Positions 36,776 through 48,400 of a DNA stretch of 64,000 bases are shown piece after piece. The stretch's first letter is position 1. The number at the start of each line of letters is the position of its first letter. The notes beneath the pieces are model-generated. The model was not told the DNA's origin and did no database searches. It saw nothing but the letters and a program-made list of their open reading frames with translations. Source of the DNA: Amoebophrya sp. A120 (lineage: Eukaryota > Protista > Dinoflagellata); NCBI GenBank assembly GCA_905178155.1, contig CAJINV010000012.1, forward strand, positions 1,988,492 to 2,052,491, in the 5' to 3' direction. Made by a program: the position numbers and the translations under genes.

Positions 36776-39700
36776 TTAATATCCGTCATAATGCAGACTC
36801 CGATACAGGAACCCGCGCACGTGCGCGTTCCTTGCGGTGTGAAGCAAGATCGGAAAATCCGGTGGGTTCGAAAATGTTTCTTCCACCACTAATCCCTTGT
36901 ACTCGATCAGGTTTCGCAAAATCGAATCACTGACACGATCGCGGACCAGGATGAGGACGTACTTGTACTTGCGGATAATGTTTTTCTCCACCTCCTGCGA
37001 TTTCTCATGCATGTGCCCACGAAGTGGAAGTGAACCTTGTTTCTCCACCTTCTCGTTGTCAACATCATCATCATCTTCATGCGCACTAGTAGTTTTCCAC
37101 CGCCCAACGTCGGCGCTTTCCAACATCGTCTTGATTTTCATGCGCAGGATGTCGATCGCCTTTGGCAAAGCCGTCGGACACACCTGGGGGAGATTCAGGA
37201 TGAGGAGCGGAGCGGGTGCTGTAGATTTTGTGGTTGTTCGTGCGTGTGCCCCCCAGGTCGAGATTGGGGATGAGGAAGAGCTGCGCTCTTGTTCTCGTAC
37301 TGCAGCCTTCTGCATCGCGTAGATCCGTCGCGGACCTTGTCTGGTGTTTTTCCGAGAATTTATTCTCTCGTCAGCACCTCCTCCTCCTCCCACTGTAGCA
37401 GAAAACGTTCTCTCATCCAATCGCGCCTCCAAATGCTGATGCAGTCTCTCGGTGACAGCGCGGTGCAGACGGGCTTCATCTGGGACTGGCTCAAGATGGT
37501 CTTCGTCTTGTTGGTTCTTCTCTTCTTGAGAATCTGTGTTGCGGCACTGTGTTGTACCATCAGATGACCCCGTGCTGCTCGCATTTCGACCCGGCTCTCG
37601 CTCATCTTCCTCCACGCTTTGGATTTGGTGCCGGTCCACGTTCTGAAGCGGGTCGTCGCGCCCCCGCTCAAGAGTACAACTACCTTTTTGTTTACGACCA
37701 CTTGGGATATGATCGCCGCCAACAGCAGCAGCTACATCTTCAGCGGTTCTTCTTGCTGTGGCCCCTTTCTGTTTTTCCAACATTGCATCGCTCACAAATG
37801 ACCCAGCTGCTCCACTCCCATACAGATCGATGTGGGAAATCAGGTCTTGTTTCAAATATCTTTCGTTTAACGCTGTCCTCACGTCCCGCAACGAGTAGTC
37901 CCAGTCCAGAATGGAAAAGTTTTTATCTCTGAAACTCGTGGAAAACGTACCGGATTCTTCTGTGAGAACGATACAAGATGACGCAGATGTCCTCGACAAA
38001 GGTGGCGATGCTGTGCTGGTATCGTTCTGCTCCTCCTCCGCCAACTTGCAACTGCTAGCGCTAACATTTTCATCAACTTGCAGTCGTAAAACCGAATCAA
38101 CCAGTTCCTGGTACTCCGCTTTTGATTTGTGCAGATTCTGGGCTAAGCTTGAAATCGGCTGCAGCGTGTCCGCGTCGAGGACGAGAAGGTCTTCATCGGC
38201 GCCGTAAGCTGTGGAGGACCCCGAAGTGGAAGTTGTGGACGAGGCTTCAATTTGTGCAGATGTAGTTGGTCTGCTGCTTGTGCTTCGGCTTGTTCCCACC
38301 ACTTGCATGTTCTGGAGCCGTCGCGAAGGGTCTTCGCGGCGAATGACGAAATACTTCAGAGAGTTGCTGTCATTTGTCATGCGGGAATTATTCATATTCA
38401 GCTGATCAACATTCTCCTGCGAGAGGACTTTGGAAATCGCTCTCAAAATGAAGTTGTTTTGCATGTTCACCGTTTTCAGCACTTCCTTCTTCATCGCCGC
38501 GGTCTTCGCCCGGTTCTTCATCTCCCGATGTGCTTTTTCGAGTTCTGGATCGCCGTAGCCGGGTGGTGGATCACGCTGAGAAGATGAAGATGTACTCTTC
38601 CCGGCGGTTTCCATCATGATCCGCATGGCCTCAGACATTTTCAGATAGTATTCGTCTTCCGCGCTGAAGGTAGTTGCGCCAGCGGATGACGAGGTAGAAG
38701 TCTGCTGGTCGCCCAGGCTGTTCTCTAGCTGCCGTTGCCCAAGCTGCTCGGGTCCGGGTAACGTGAAGGAAACGACGCAAACAGGCCCGAAAACGTCCGC
38801 AAATACCCCTGGCAAGCCGTCCGCTTCGCCATGTAGCAGGCGGAAGAACTTTTGTTTTCTTGTTTGTTCGGCAAGATAATTTCTTGAAGACAACTGCGCG
38901 GTTGAAACACGATCAGACGACGTCGCAACTGTATGATCTGAATTCTCCAACATGGTCCACCTGACGCATGATGACGCTACCGCCTTCTCCCGGTGCTTCA
39001 AAGCGCGGAGGACTCTGCCCTGGTACCAGGAATCCGAATGTTCGACATCGATGTTGATGTTCTGGGTCAGCATGTGCCCAAAGACCTGCAGGACGGACTT
39101 CTGGTCCGGGTTGACAAACGCGATCCCGAGGGGCCGGTTGCCGGCAGAAGAGTACACATTCGCGATTTTGTTGTTGAAGTACTTGGAGTTGGTGATGTTG
39201 TTCAGCCGATGGGGGTCGAGGTGGATAGAAGAAGAGCTAGTTGTTGAGCCGGAACCGAAAACATCGTCTTGCCCAACTACGTTTTCGTGCACCAATTTCC
39301 CCCGTACCTCCCCCACATTCGCTACGTCTCGTGTGTAGATCCAGGGAAAGCCTTGTGGAATGAAAAATCGCCAACATTGCCGTGAGTTTGTAATGCGCAT
39401 GCGCATGGCGTTCAGGTAAACGAAAGGTAAAACATAAAGAAGAGCGCACTGGAGAAGTGCGTGTAAGTATTCCAGAATTTCGCTGTACGCATTACAAAGA
39501 AACATCCTACAAATAGGTAATTTTACATCCCATACCCCCCGCCGTATTCTCCTCACCGCTTCTTCCGCGTCAAATTTCAAGCGGATAGACAGACGAGTCG
39601 CTGGGGAAGTAGAGGTTGGGGCTGGCCGCGAAAAACGGGCATGAAAGTCATCGTCGACCGCACGGAGAGCACGACGTGAAGATGTTGATGCGGAAGTTCT

Positions 39701-39961
39701 GCCCGTTTTCCTACCAGCCGTGTAGTTTGGCTTTTCGATATGATTTTGCGAAGATCTTGTGGAAGCAAAAATTTTCTTGCTTCTTTCGACCAATTTTGCT
39801 CGAAGCTTCTCCTGTTGATTCGCTCCCCCATGATGATGAAACGATGTTCTGCTGCTGCCTACTGCGCCGGTCGATGTTTTGGCCGTGGTGCTTTGCGCGA
39901 CAGACGATGACGCTGCACGACCAACAGCTGCAACTGCAACTCCTCCACCTGCTGCGGACAT
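36776..39961 (-). CDS. RlmI-like (rRNA m5C methyltransferase family) protein, divergent
   Basis: RRIRRG..FPWIY (PUA-like start, split by a probable in-frame intron at about 39352-39537), GRVLRALKHRE, FRLLHGEADGLPGVFADVFG and C-terminal PPDFP. Confidence 0.75.
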   Translation of the reverse strand: MSAAGGGVAVAAVGRAASSSVAQSTTAKTSTGAVGSSRTSFHHHGGANQQEKLRAKLVERSKKIFASTRSSQNHIEKPNYTAGRKTGRTSASTSSRRALRAVDDDFHARFSRPAPTSTSPATRLSIRLKFDAEEAVRRIRRGVWDVKLPICRMFLCNAYSEILEYLHALLQCALLYVLPFVYLNAMRMRITNSRQCWRFFIPQGFPWIYTRDVANVGEVRGKLVHENVVGQDDVFGSGSTTSSSSIHLDPHRLNNITNSKYFNNKIANVYSSAGNRPLGIAFVNPDQKSVLQVFGHMLTQNINIDVEHSDSWYQGRVLRALKHREKAVASSCVRWTMLENSDHTVATSSDRVSTAQLSSRNYLAEQTRKQKFFRLLHGEADGLPGVFADVFGPVCVVSFTLPGPEQLGQRQLENSLGDQQTSTSSSAGATTFSAEDEYYLKMSEAMRIMMETAGKSTSSSSQRDPPPGYGDPELEKAHREMKNRAKTAAMKKEVLKTVNMQNNFILRAISKVLSQENVDQLNMNNSRMTNDSNSLKYFVIRREDPSRRLQNMQVVGTSRSTSSRPTTSAQIEASSTTSTSGSSTAYGADEDLLVLDADTLQPISSLAQNLHKSKAEYQELVDSVLRLQVDENVSASSCKLAEEEQNDTSTASPPLSRTSASSCIVLTEESGTFSTSFRDKNFSILDWDYSLRDVRTALNERYLKQDLISHIDLYGSGAAGSFVSDAMLEKQKGATARRTAEDVAAAVGGDHIPSGRKQKGSCTLERGRDDPLQNVDRHQIQSVEEDEREPGRNASSTGSSDGTTQCRNTDSQEEKNQQDEDHLEPVPDEARLHRAVTERLHQHLEARLDERTFSATVGGGGGADERINSRKNTRQGPRRIYAMQKAAVREQERSSSSSPISTWGAHARTTTKSTAPAPLLILNLPQVCPTALPKAIDILRMKIKTMLESADVGRWKTTSAHEDDDDVDNEKVEKQGSLPLRGHMHEKSQEVEKNIIRKYKYVLILVRDRVSDSILRNLIEYKGLVVEETFSNPPDFPILLHTARNAHVRGFLYRSLHYDGY

Positions 39962-41026
39962 TCTGTTTTGTACCTAAATTTGGTTTTCGTTTTGGTGTGT
40001 GCCCAACTAGTACACAGGAGATGCTTAATATAGTCAGGAAGAAGGACAACGAGAACAACTACGACGACAACATTGACGCTATTTCTAGCATAATATCACA
40101 TTGCGCGAAAACTCGATAATTGCTGTGCAACGCTGCAACCTATAATATTTTTTTTTTTGGATCCTTTCTTGTGAAAATGTACCGACTTGAACTTGCTTAG
40201 GGGACGAAGGGCAGACAATATTTGTTCCCCGAAATACACAGATCTAGATCTACACGAAACGGATCTTTGCGAGGACGCGCGGTGATTCGATCGAACTTCG
40301 AGACTCGTGGTTGACGACGACGCGATGTTGCCGTTGTCCAAGGTCACGGAAAGTATCATCAAGCAGTTCCAAAATAAAAAAAGCACAACCATTGACAAGA
40401 TAGACGGTAGCTTGACAGGATCAGCCAGTTGGTGTCAATGCGCTGTCGTGTCAGCTCAACGCGTGTCGCCACGAGGTGTACTTCTCTGTCCTATATTCTT
40501 TTAAGAAGATGTAGCGGCATGCCACCCATGGCTCTGGAAGATGAACAACGAAATGGAGAGGAAAAGTCAAGGGCTTTATACTCATGTTTCCCGGCTGCTT
40601 GTTACTCCTTCGTGCCTGGTGTTTTTCATTGCCGATCTGTATCTATTGCTTGCACGCACCATACATTTAAGAAGTAGCGGCTCACTCGATTTATTATCTC
40701 CTTTTTATGAACAACAAAAAGAACCAATACCAGAGCATATGAAAGACGAAAAACATACAAATCATTTCATATGAATCTTTTGAGGATCGACTTCTCAGCG
40801 AAACCTTTCGCGAAAAAATATATATAATGCAAGTCGCAGACGCTTTACCTTTACGTACGAGCAAAGAAAAGAAAATAAAATAAATAAACCGTGCACAAAA
40901 AGGCATAGATATACTTTACTAGCAGACCGAAAAATCAATCGCATGCCTTCTTCTTCTAAATTCGAAGAAATGCTTTCACTCTTCGCGCATTGTTGTTCAA
41001 TGTGGTAGCGCAGGGAGCTACGTGCC

Positions 41027-41780
41027 CTAGACGCTCCGGTCGCTGGGGCTAGGTGAATGACTGGCCAGCGAAGTGGGTGGGGTTGAAGGAGTCATCGTGG
41101 AATCAGAGTGGCTGTGTGCACTTGCAAGTACTCGTGGAATCAGAGTGGCTCTTGCAAGGTGAATGTCATGACTGGCCACGCGCTCGTGGTAGGTAATAGG
41201 TAGCAGGCTTTCGACACTCACAACTAGGGAGCTTAGCATGTTTTCGATCCTCTCGCTTGATTGCACAAGCTTGTCGCTTCGCGACCTCAACTCACTCCCG
41301 ATGGTCCTGACTTCGTTGAGGACCTCGGCGATCTCGGGAGCGCTTTTGGAGATGAAGGACTCGGGCGGCGATCTGTGGAAGCACGTGTGGATATGGCGAG
41401 TAGAATATACGCAGCTAACATACCTCAGCATCGGGACCGGTTTAGTGCGAGCGCGTCGTGAGAATACAATAAATACTCACGCGCCCCCTGGGTGGCCGTT
41501 CTACTTCTTTTGCGTGTCTTTATAAAGAAAAACAAACAAAACTTCAAAAAAAACACAAATAGCACGACTATGCGCGGGAAATCGCAATCAACACAAATTA
41601 AGAGCATTTGTATCTGATACCCCGTGCTGGTCGTGGGATGGGGGAGGCCGTCGACTGTTGGATACGATGTCGGCTGAGCCGGAATTCTTTGCAGCAGGGT
41701 GGAAGCCGCATCTCCGGCTGCTTCATCTTTCCCTTCGTTCTCGCGAAGCAGTGTGCCGTTGTGAGAGTATACCACGCAAA
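41027..41780 (-). CDS. Hypothetical small spliced protein (uncertain)
   Basis: Coding-like segments EIAEVLNEVRTIGSELRSRSDKL and RENEGKDEAAGDAAST, with a GTATC donor near 41620. Confidence 0.3.
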
Positions 41781-43380
41781 CGCGTCATGGTCAAGCGAAA
41801 AAATATCAATATCATCAGTTGTCTGCCGTGACAATTATAGTTGATGAAGCATGACAGAGCATCATCGAACATGCACGCGGGCTGCAGAAAGCACAAGCAG
41901 ACGTCTTTGTATTATTTTGCTAGCAATCTGACACGACCAGCCAACACCAACAACATTTGCCATATTATGGCGCCGCAAAACAATCCTGGTGCTCACAAAT
42001 GATCATGGCACGTCCTGGCCGCCAAGGGGAGCCCTGACACCACCAGTCTGGCCTGTTGCTCGTGCTCGTTCCAGAGAGCGCATGTTGCTGGTGCTCACAG
42101 ATTTACACTATCAAGGATGCACCAGTCGAAAAACTCCAAGTTTCCTGACCATCCGCCGTTTGCAGTGGATAAAGGGGAGGCATGCTGAGCAATATCGTCG
42201 TCGTGTGCGTCATCCTTGCGGCGCTGCTTGGATCTGTTGTAAATCAGCTTGGGCTTTTACTTTTTATTTCATCTTCAGGTTATATTAAGCAAAACATTTG
42301 CGCGGCCCTTGTTGGCCCCTTCGAGAAGTCGCTCCGGGACCTCCCGAAGGCCCCCCGATGGCCCCGCGATGGCCCCCCCGAAGGAGCCAAGCAAGGATAG
42401 GCGAAAAATGACGGGGCAAGATAAAAAAAAGAATGCGACGTGTTTGCGAACGCCCAACACCCCCCGGAGGCCCTCTGGAGGGGTCATTTGGAACCCCCAA
42501 GGCAACCTCTTCAAAGCCAAAAGGAAAAGTCAATGTGGTCAACGTCAAGCTCAAGGTCAAGTCATGATTAGCTGTGGTTAATAAATTACTTGGACGACCC
42601 ACGGCGCATTTCGGCAAGCTGGACTTCAACGTCTTGCAGGCGTTTGTTTAGCTTTTCAAAACCTTCGGCGATTTGCATCTGCAGAAGGGTGGAAACGGAC
42701 TCTCCACCGACGTCCTCCAATATCGCAAGAAAAAGCTGTGTCGCTGTTTGCCTGTGATGCAGAGAATGCACCAACGTTCACGTTCGTAGTGTTGATGTTG
42801 CTAAGAAAGTAGAAACAAGACGAAGCGTGGAGCTTTTCAACTGTGTTCTCCACCCTTGGAAAGCATGCACTGCAGATTTTCTTGTTTGTTATGTAGTGTA
42901 GCTAATTTATGATGCAGACTCAGCAAAATCATCACAGTGAGACAACTTTTTCGTATGATACCCGACCCAGTACTGCCAGCATCACTTTTTTGCGAATTGC
43001 CTTCCTTCGCTTTTTTTCTACTCCTATGCATTGCAAATCGAAGAACCTCATCAACATTGTCACGATCTTCCTTCCTGTGGGCCTGCCGATGTCCAGCATC
43101 CTATTAGAACAGGCATTCGCTTGGGATATGCATGATTGAGCTCTAGAGAAGATCCATGTAAACCGCTACCGCACACAGACGAAATAGACCATTATTTGTG
43201 GTTTTTTTGCAAATCGTACTATTGGAGGCCACGAGTTGCAATCCGAAAGAAGAGCGAAGAATCTGAATCGTTCGCAACTTGTTGCTCAGTAAAGTATGAG
43301 TCATTGTGAATAGAAAGCGTTTCGCATTTCGAAAGCTTGCACGTGTTGCAGCCCAAGCAGGAGACAGCATGAGAATCGTG

Positions 43381-43716
43381 TCAATTTGTTGTTCTTGATT
43401 TGCATTTTTGGTAGCTGGTCCTGCGACTCGAGGACGAGCGGCCTTTTTTGCGTCCTCCAGTCTTGCGCGCGGACGACCTGGATCGCTCCTCCTCGTCCTC
43501 GTCCTCGCCGGGCCAAGCCGGCCCGTTGATCAAACCGACTTCCGGCAGCTTCGCCCGCTGAGAAGCCGCCACGGCTTCCCGGTCTGGCACCTTATCCTCT
43601 TTGCCATTCAAGAACGCATACTTGTCCTCGGTCGGAGTCGCCTCCACCAGCACGGGCGTTGCGAGAAGGCAGGAGGTGGCCCCGGCCACCCTCACAAAAG
43701 ATTTGGTGCGAGTCAT
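43381..43716 (-). CDS. Small hypothetical protein with possible signal peptide
   Basis: MTRTKSFVRVAGATSCLLATPVLVEA hydrophobic leader followed by acidic sequence; GC-rich coding-like composition. Confidence 0.45.
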   Translation of the reverse strand: MTRTKSFVRVAGATSCLLATPVLVEATPTEDKYAFLNGKEDKVPDREAVAASQRAKLPEVGLINGPAWPGEDEDEEERSRSSARKTGGRKKGRSSSSRRTSYQKCKSRTTN

Positions 43717-45445
43717 GTTGTTTTGGTTTGCTTGTTTACTGCTTGATCTCAGTGTGGTGGTCGGTGCTCCTGGTTACGGCAAACAAAAACAATGGTGCAG
43801 ATTATTCAGCACTGTTTTTTCTTTCTCCTCGGCGGTTTACTTTTGTTTCTTGCCCGATGTGCCTCGCGATGTTGTACGTCTTCTGCTTTTCTTGTGTCAG
43901 CACCGTAAAATCCAGCGGCGGGATAATGCCACTTTCGTCGTGCTCCGTGATATGAGATAGAGATGTGAAGCTGCGGGCTACGCAGTTCTATGATTAAAAT
44001 CAAAATGGAGGGTCGGTTAAAATTCTTCTTCGGCTCTTGATATGTAGAAGGGAAACTTCTGAAGGAGACGTGAGAAAATCGAAACGTATGTACAAGAACT
44101 GAAAATACAGTTTGGAACGCACGGACTCTGAAAATAAGAGATTCAAAAAGTAACTGAGAAAAAAATAGTACAGGGATTGTCGACGCAAATCAGGAGATTT
44201 TTTATTTGTTACAGTTTGTAATGTAAATGTAAATCAAGTTGCAGGTGATTTTGCATATGAGTTGCGATAGGAAAAATTTTATCGGTGGGTTTGGAGAGGG
44301 TTTTTCGTTGAGAGTTGCAAAACAAGGTAGCCCAGTGAAATAAGACTGAGGCGCTTGTTGTCGCGACACTGTTGAGTTGTAGTACAGGAGGATGTTGAGT
44401 ATAGAGTTTAAAGTGCGACGAGTGTAAAAGAAACGCACAAACAAAACTTTTATAGCGATATCAAGAAATAGCGTACGAGACCGAGGAGCTGCTGCACGAC
44501 CGCGACGTCATGTTCTTGAACGATGACGCGTAGTTCTGAACGAACAAAAGGACGACCGGACCATCAACAGCACTTTAAAATCAAAACTGCGTTTATAACG
44601 GAATACAAAACAGCACTCACGAAACGACCATAAACACATCCTATAACTTCTTCACGACCGATGATCGTATTACTAGGGCCGCAAGAGCACCTTATTTTCA
44701 TCATCATGTCATCTTCATCTTCTTCTTCTTGCGAAGACCGATGCATCGGTGCTGGCTGAGTACGTCAACGTCATCAACCGACTGATAATGCAAGAAGAGA
44801 AGACACTGTGCTTGATTTATTTTTCTCTGGTCCTGCGAACGAAACATGAGTGCAACATTTTCATTTCTGCAACTCTAGTACGTCAAGCAACGATCTTCAA
44901 CACGACCAGAAATCTTCGCGTTTCATAGCGTAATCAACACCGGCGAAGAAATATAAGCCTTTTTTATTCCAATCTGGATTTTACCCTCTTGGTTGATGTG
45001 CGTGCGCCGTACTGCTTGCGTTTTCAGTTCTTACGCAAGAGGTCGATGTCGAAGAAAAACCAATCAAAATATGGTGGTGCGCTAGGTTTGAAAATTGCGC
45101 GCCAACAACTACATCATGATCATACATCCATAGGGCAGAAAGACCTATGGGCATTTTGCAATCAGAAAGCTCCATCATGGAGCCGCAACTCGAGTGGATA
45201 GCGCTGAGTATGAACGACCATTAAGTACTAGATGCCCGTAGTCGTCATCACAGTCAATACGGTCAGCACAGAATAAAAACGTAGCGAGGACTGCCGGTCG
45301 ATACTTTGCGTAGAGCAGTAGCTGCTACAGACATGATGGTGATCACATACGTACTAGAAAGCGATGTACTTTAGTTAGACAGAGTCCAAAAGTCAAATAG
45401 GAATTACTTTTTTCATATTCATCTAAATATAGCCATAAACGCCCT

Positions 45446-48400
45446 TTACTTTTTCTTCACAGTATTTGTGACTTTTTTCGCCCGTTCGGCGTACTTCAAG
45501 GAATTCATGGTTTCGTCGACGTTTGAGCTGGCGGGCGAGCAATTCATAAACATCAAGGTTTTCGAACTGCCGCCCAGCGAGTCCTGCATCAGCTGCGTTA
45601 AGGAGTGATTCCTGTACGGCACGAGAGACGGGTTGAATTTTTTTCCGGCCGGCTGACTCGTGAGCGCTTCAATCACGTCGCCCAAAGCGGTCAGCGACTT
45701 GTTGATTTCTATGGCTTCCTTCTGCGCCTGCCCGGTAACTTCCGACTTTGCGATCCGCTCACACCCCGCCAAATCGCACATCAACAACTTTCCCACCGTT
45801 TTTGCTTTCGTTTGCTTGTTGATGGAGGTCAGCTTCACTATCGTGATCAGATGCGACCGCGAGGATTCGCTATTCATGGCCGTGGCCGCGACGGACCGCA
45901 AATCAAAACCCTCCTCGATGGCTTTTTCCATCTGTTTATCAAATGCAAATATGTCTGGGTCGTCTGGAAGGTTGCAACTTGTCATGCTAAATCTGAATCA
46001 TGCAAACAATCTGTGTTGCACGATTACCAAAAGCCGTCGTTTTTTACCAACTTGGGAGGGAACAATCTCTCATGCAGAATAGGCATTATAGAGATCTCCC
46101 AAGTAAATTTGTCATGCTAGGCGCTGCATTCCAGACCTCATGGGTCATGGAAAACCTGCGTGACAAATCTTGCATCCTTCCAGACCCAGACATATTTGCA
46201 CTCCATACTGTTTTGCGGACTCCACCTGCCGCTCCACCGCGTTCTCCACCTGCACGGAGCCGTCCTTCTCTATCGCAAAGAAAAAAGTGTTACAGTTACG
46301 CATTGTGTTGCAGACCATGCAACAGAGACGAGCTCTGTCATGCGCAAAATGCTTTCGAGCCTCATTTACATTTACATTTAATACGTGTTTTCCCTTGTGA
46401 TCTCTGCATTGCAAGTTTTCTCTGTCATGCGAGGCAAGGCTGTGATGCTGAATTCACTACATCAAATGTGTGACTGTAACACTTTTTTCTATACCATATT
46501 CTCCCTCCGCACCTTAATCTCCGGCGTTTTCACGGAGGCCTGGTTCCCCGCCTGCACGGACTTCGCCAGCAAATCCGTATCGTACGAAAAAAGTGCTTCA
46601 CTGTAAGGATTTTGCAAGTTTTGCATCACAAGCTTGCTCTACATCACAGAGGAAATTTCCCATGCGAGATTCCTAAGGGAAAACACAGGTGAAAATCCAC
46701 TGTCTTGCATGTGTGGCAAGACAAATAGAAATACTTCTCAGATACATTTTCTGCATTACAAGTTTACAGTGGAACAATTTTTTCTTGTGATAATCCGTAA
46801 ACTTCGCGCAGTAGAGTTCGATCATGTGCAGGGAAATCGTGAACGTAAAACGCTCTTTGTCTCGCTCCACAATGTCGAAGACCTCGACGCAGCTCCGGGG
46901 CACCACGCCCTCGTCGCCCTTTTTCCCCGTCATGGTGTACGTCTTCCCCGCACCGGTTTGCCCGTAGGCGAAGATGGTTACATTGTATCCGTTATCAAAT
47001 GTAAACATGTCTGGATCTCCTGGAAGATTGCTAGGTTTGTCATGCATATTTTACAACATGACCCGCGATGCCTGTAATGCATGGCCTAGCATCACAGATT
47101 TTGAGAGGGCTTTCTGATGCGTATTCCGTATTACAGATGCACTCTCCGCGTAGCACAAACTGGACTCCTTTTGCTGGTCATGCAATACAGATTTTTTTAG
47201 AATCCAGAGACAGCATCACAAGTTGCAGTCTTCCAGCTGCAGACATATTTGCAATGCATATCCGTCGAAGGCGGACTGGACCAAGTCCTTCGTGTCTTCG
47301 AAAATCTGCGCCTGCGATCCCGGAAAGTGCGCGGCGTCAAACATGAATTCCTTCTTCGGCCCGTCTGGGTTGTTGGGGTGCTCTTCGACTGAGAGCGTCT
47401 GAGAGTCGATTTTAGCTACCGCGTTGTGGTCCCCGAGGTCCGCTTCCCTTTCGTTGAAGGGGCGCACGCGGACAAAGACCCGGATGGAGCCTTTCAGGTC
47501 CTCCACGTGGTTGTGGAGTTTTTTCTTGCGGATTTCCAAACTCGCCAAATCAGCCTCCAGCACACCCGCGAGTCGGGCAAATTTGAAGGTCTGCTGGCAC
47601 TCTTTTTCCTCTATGGAAGCCTCAGCTGGAACGATCTACTGACCATTTCTCAAGTGGAGGTGGAGCAGTGTAGTAATTGCAGCAGATATAAATAAGGCCA
47701 GATTTGTTGCCTTACAGAAACGGCAAGTAAGAGTAGAGCACAGTCTACTACCTGTCGCTCCCGCTTTGCACGAGAAGCTTTGGAAAAAATAATGGAGCGG
47801 TTTGGTTGTTTGACGACGAGTGTCGGATTCTGATATTTGTCATGCTAGGCTCCATGATAGCACAGGCGTGACAGAGAGACGCAGCCATGCAGATGATCCA
47901 CAACTTGCATCACAAATCACTTAATTTCAGTTGAGATTGTACCCGATGAGCACACCATATCCCACTGCTTCAACTTTTCCCCGTCTTGCTCCAAATCGTC
48001 GATTTTTTCAGCGTATGAATCGCAAACAGCTCCTCCGGCTCTAGAAAAATAAACTTGTCATGCGAAAAATCTGTAAATCTGAATGCTGAGAGAGCTTCTA
48101 CGAGAGGTAACCAAGCATGACAGTTTTTTGGAACCGGTGCAGGTGCTATGCGATGCGAATTGCGATTCCGCATGAAAAATCGCATGTAATGTTCTTTCCA
48201 GAACCGGACGACATGTTTGCGAATTGATACGAAATCTTTCGTTTTGTCCATCACAAGTTTCACTTCCTCCAACAATTTCTGCTTCTCCTTCTCCATTATG
48301 CATCACAAAGGTAATATCGCTCTTCTGCTCGCATCATCATCATGAACTGCACTTTACAAATTTGTCTGGTGCTATTGCTGCAAGAGTTTGCTGTATATGC

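Noticed and set aside
42300-42510. GC-rich patch with GGCCCC repeats
   Set aside because: No termini, TSD or ORF could be defined, so it is too weak to call.
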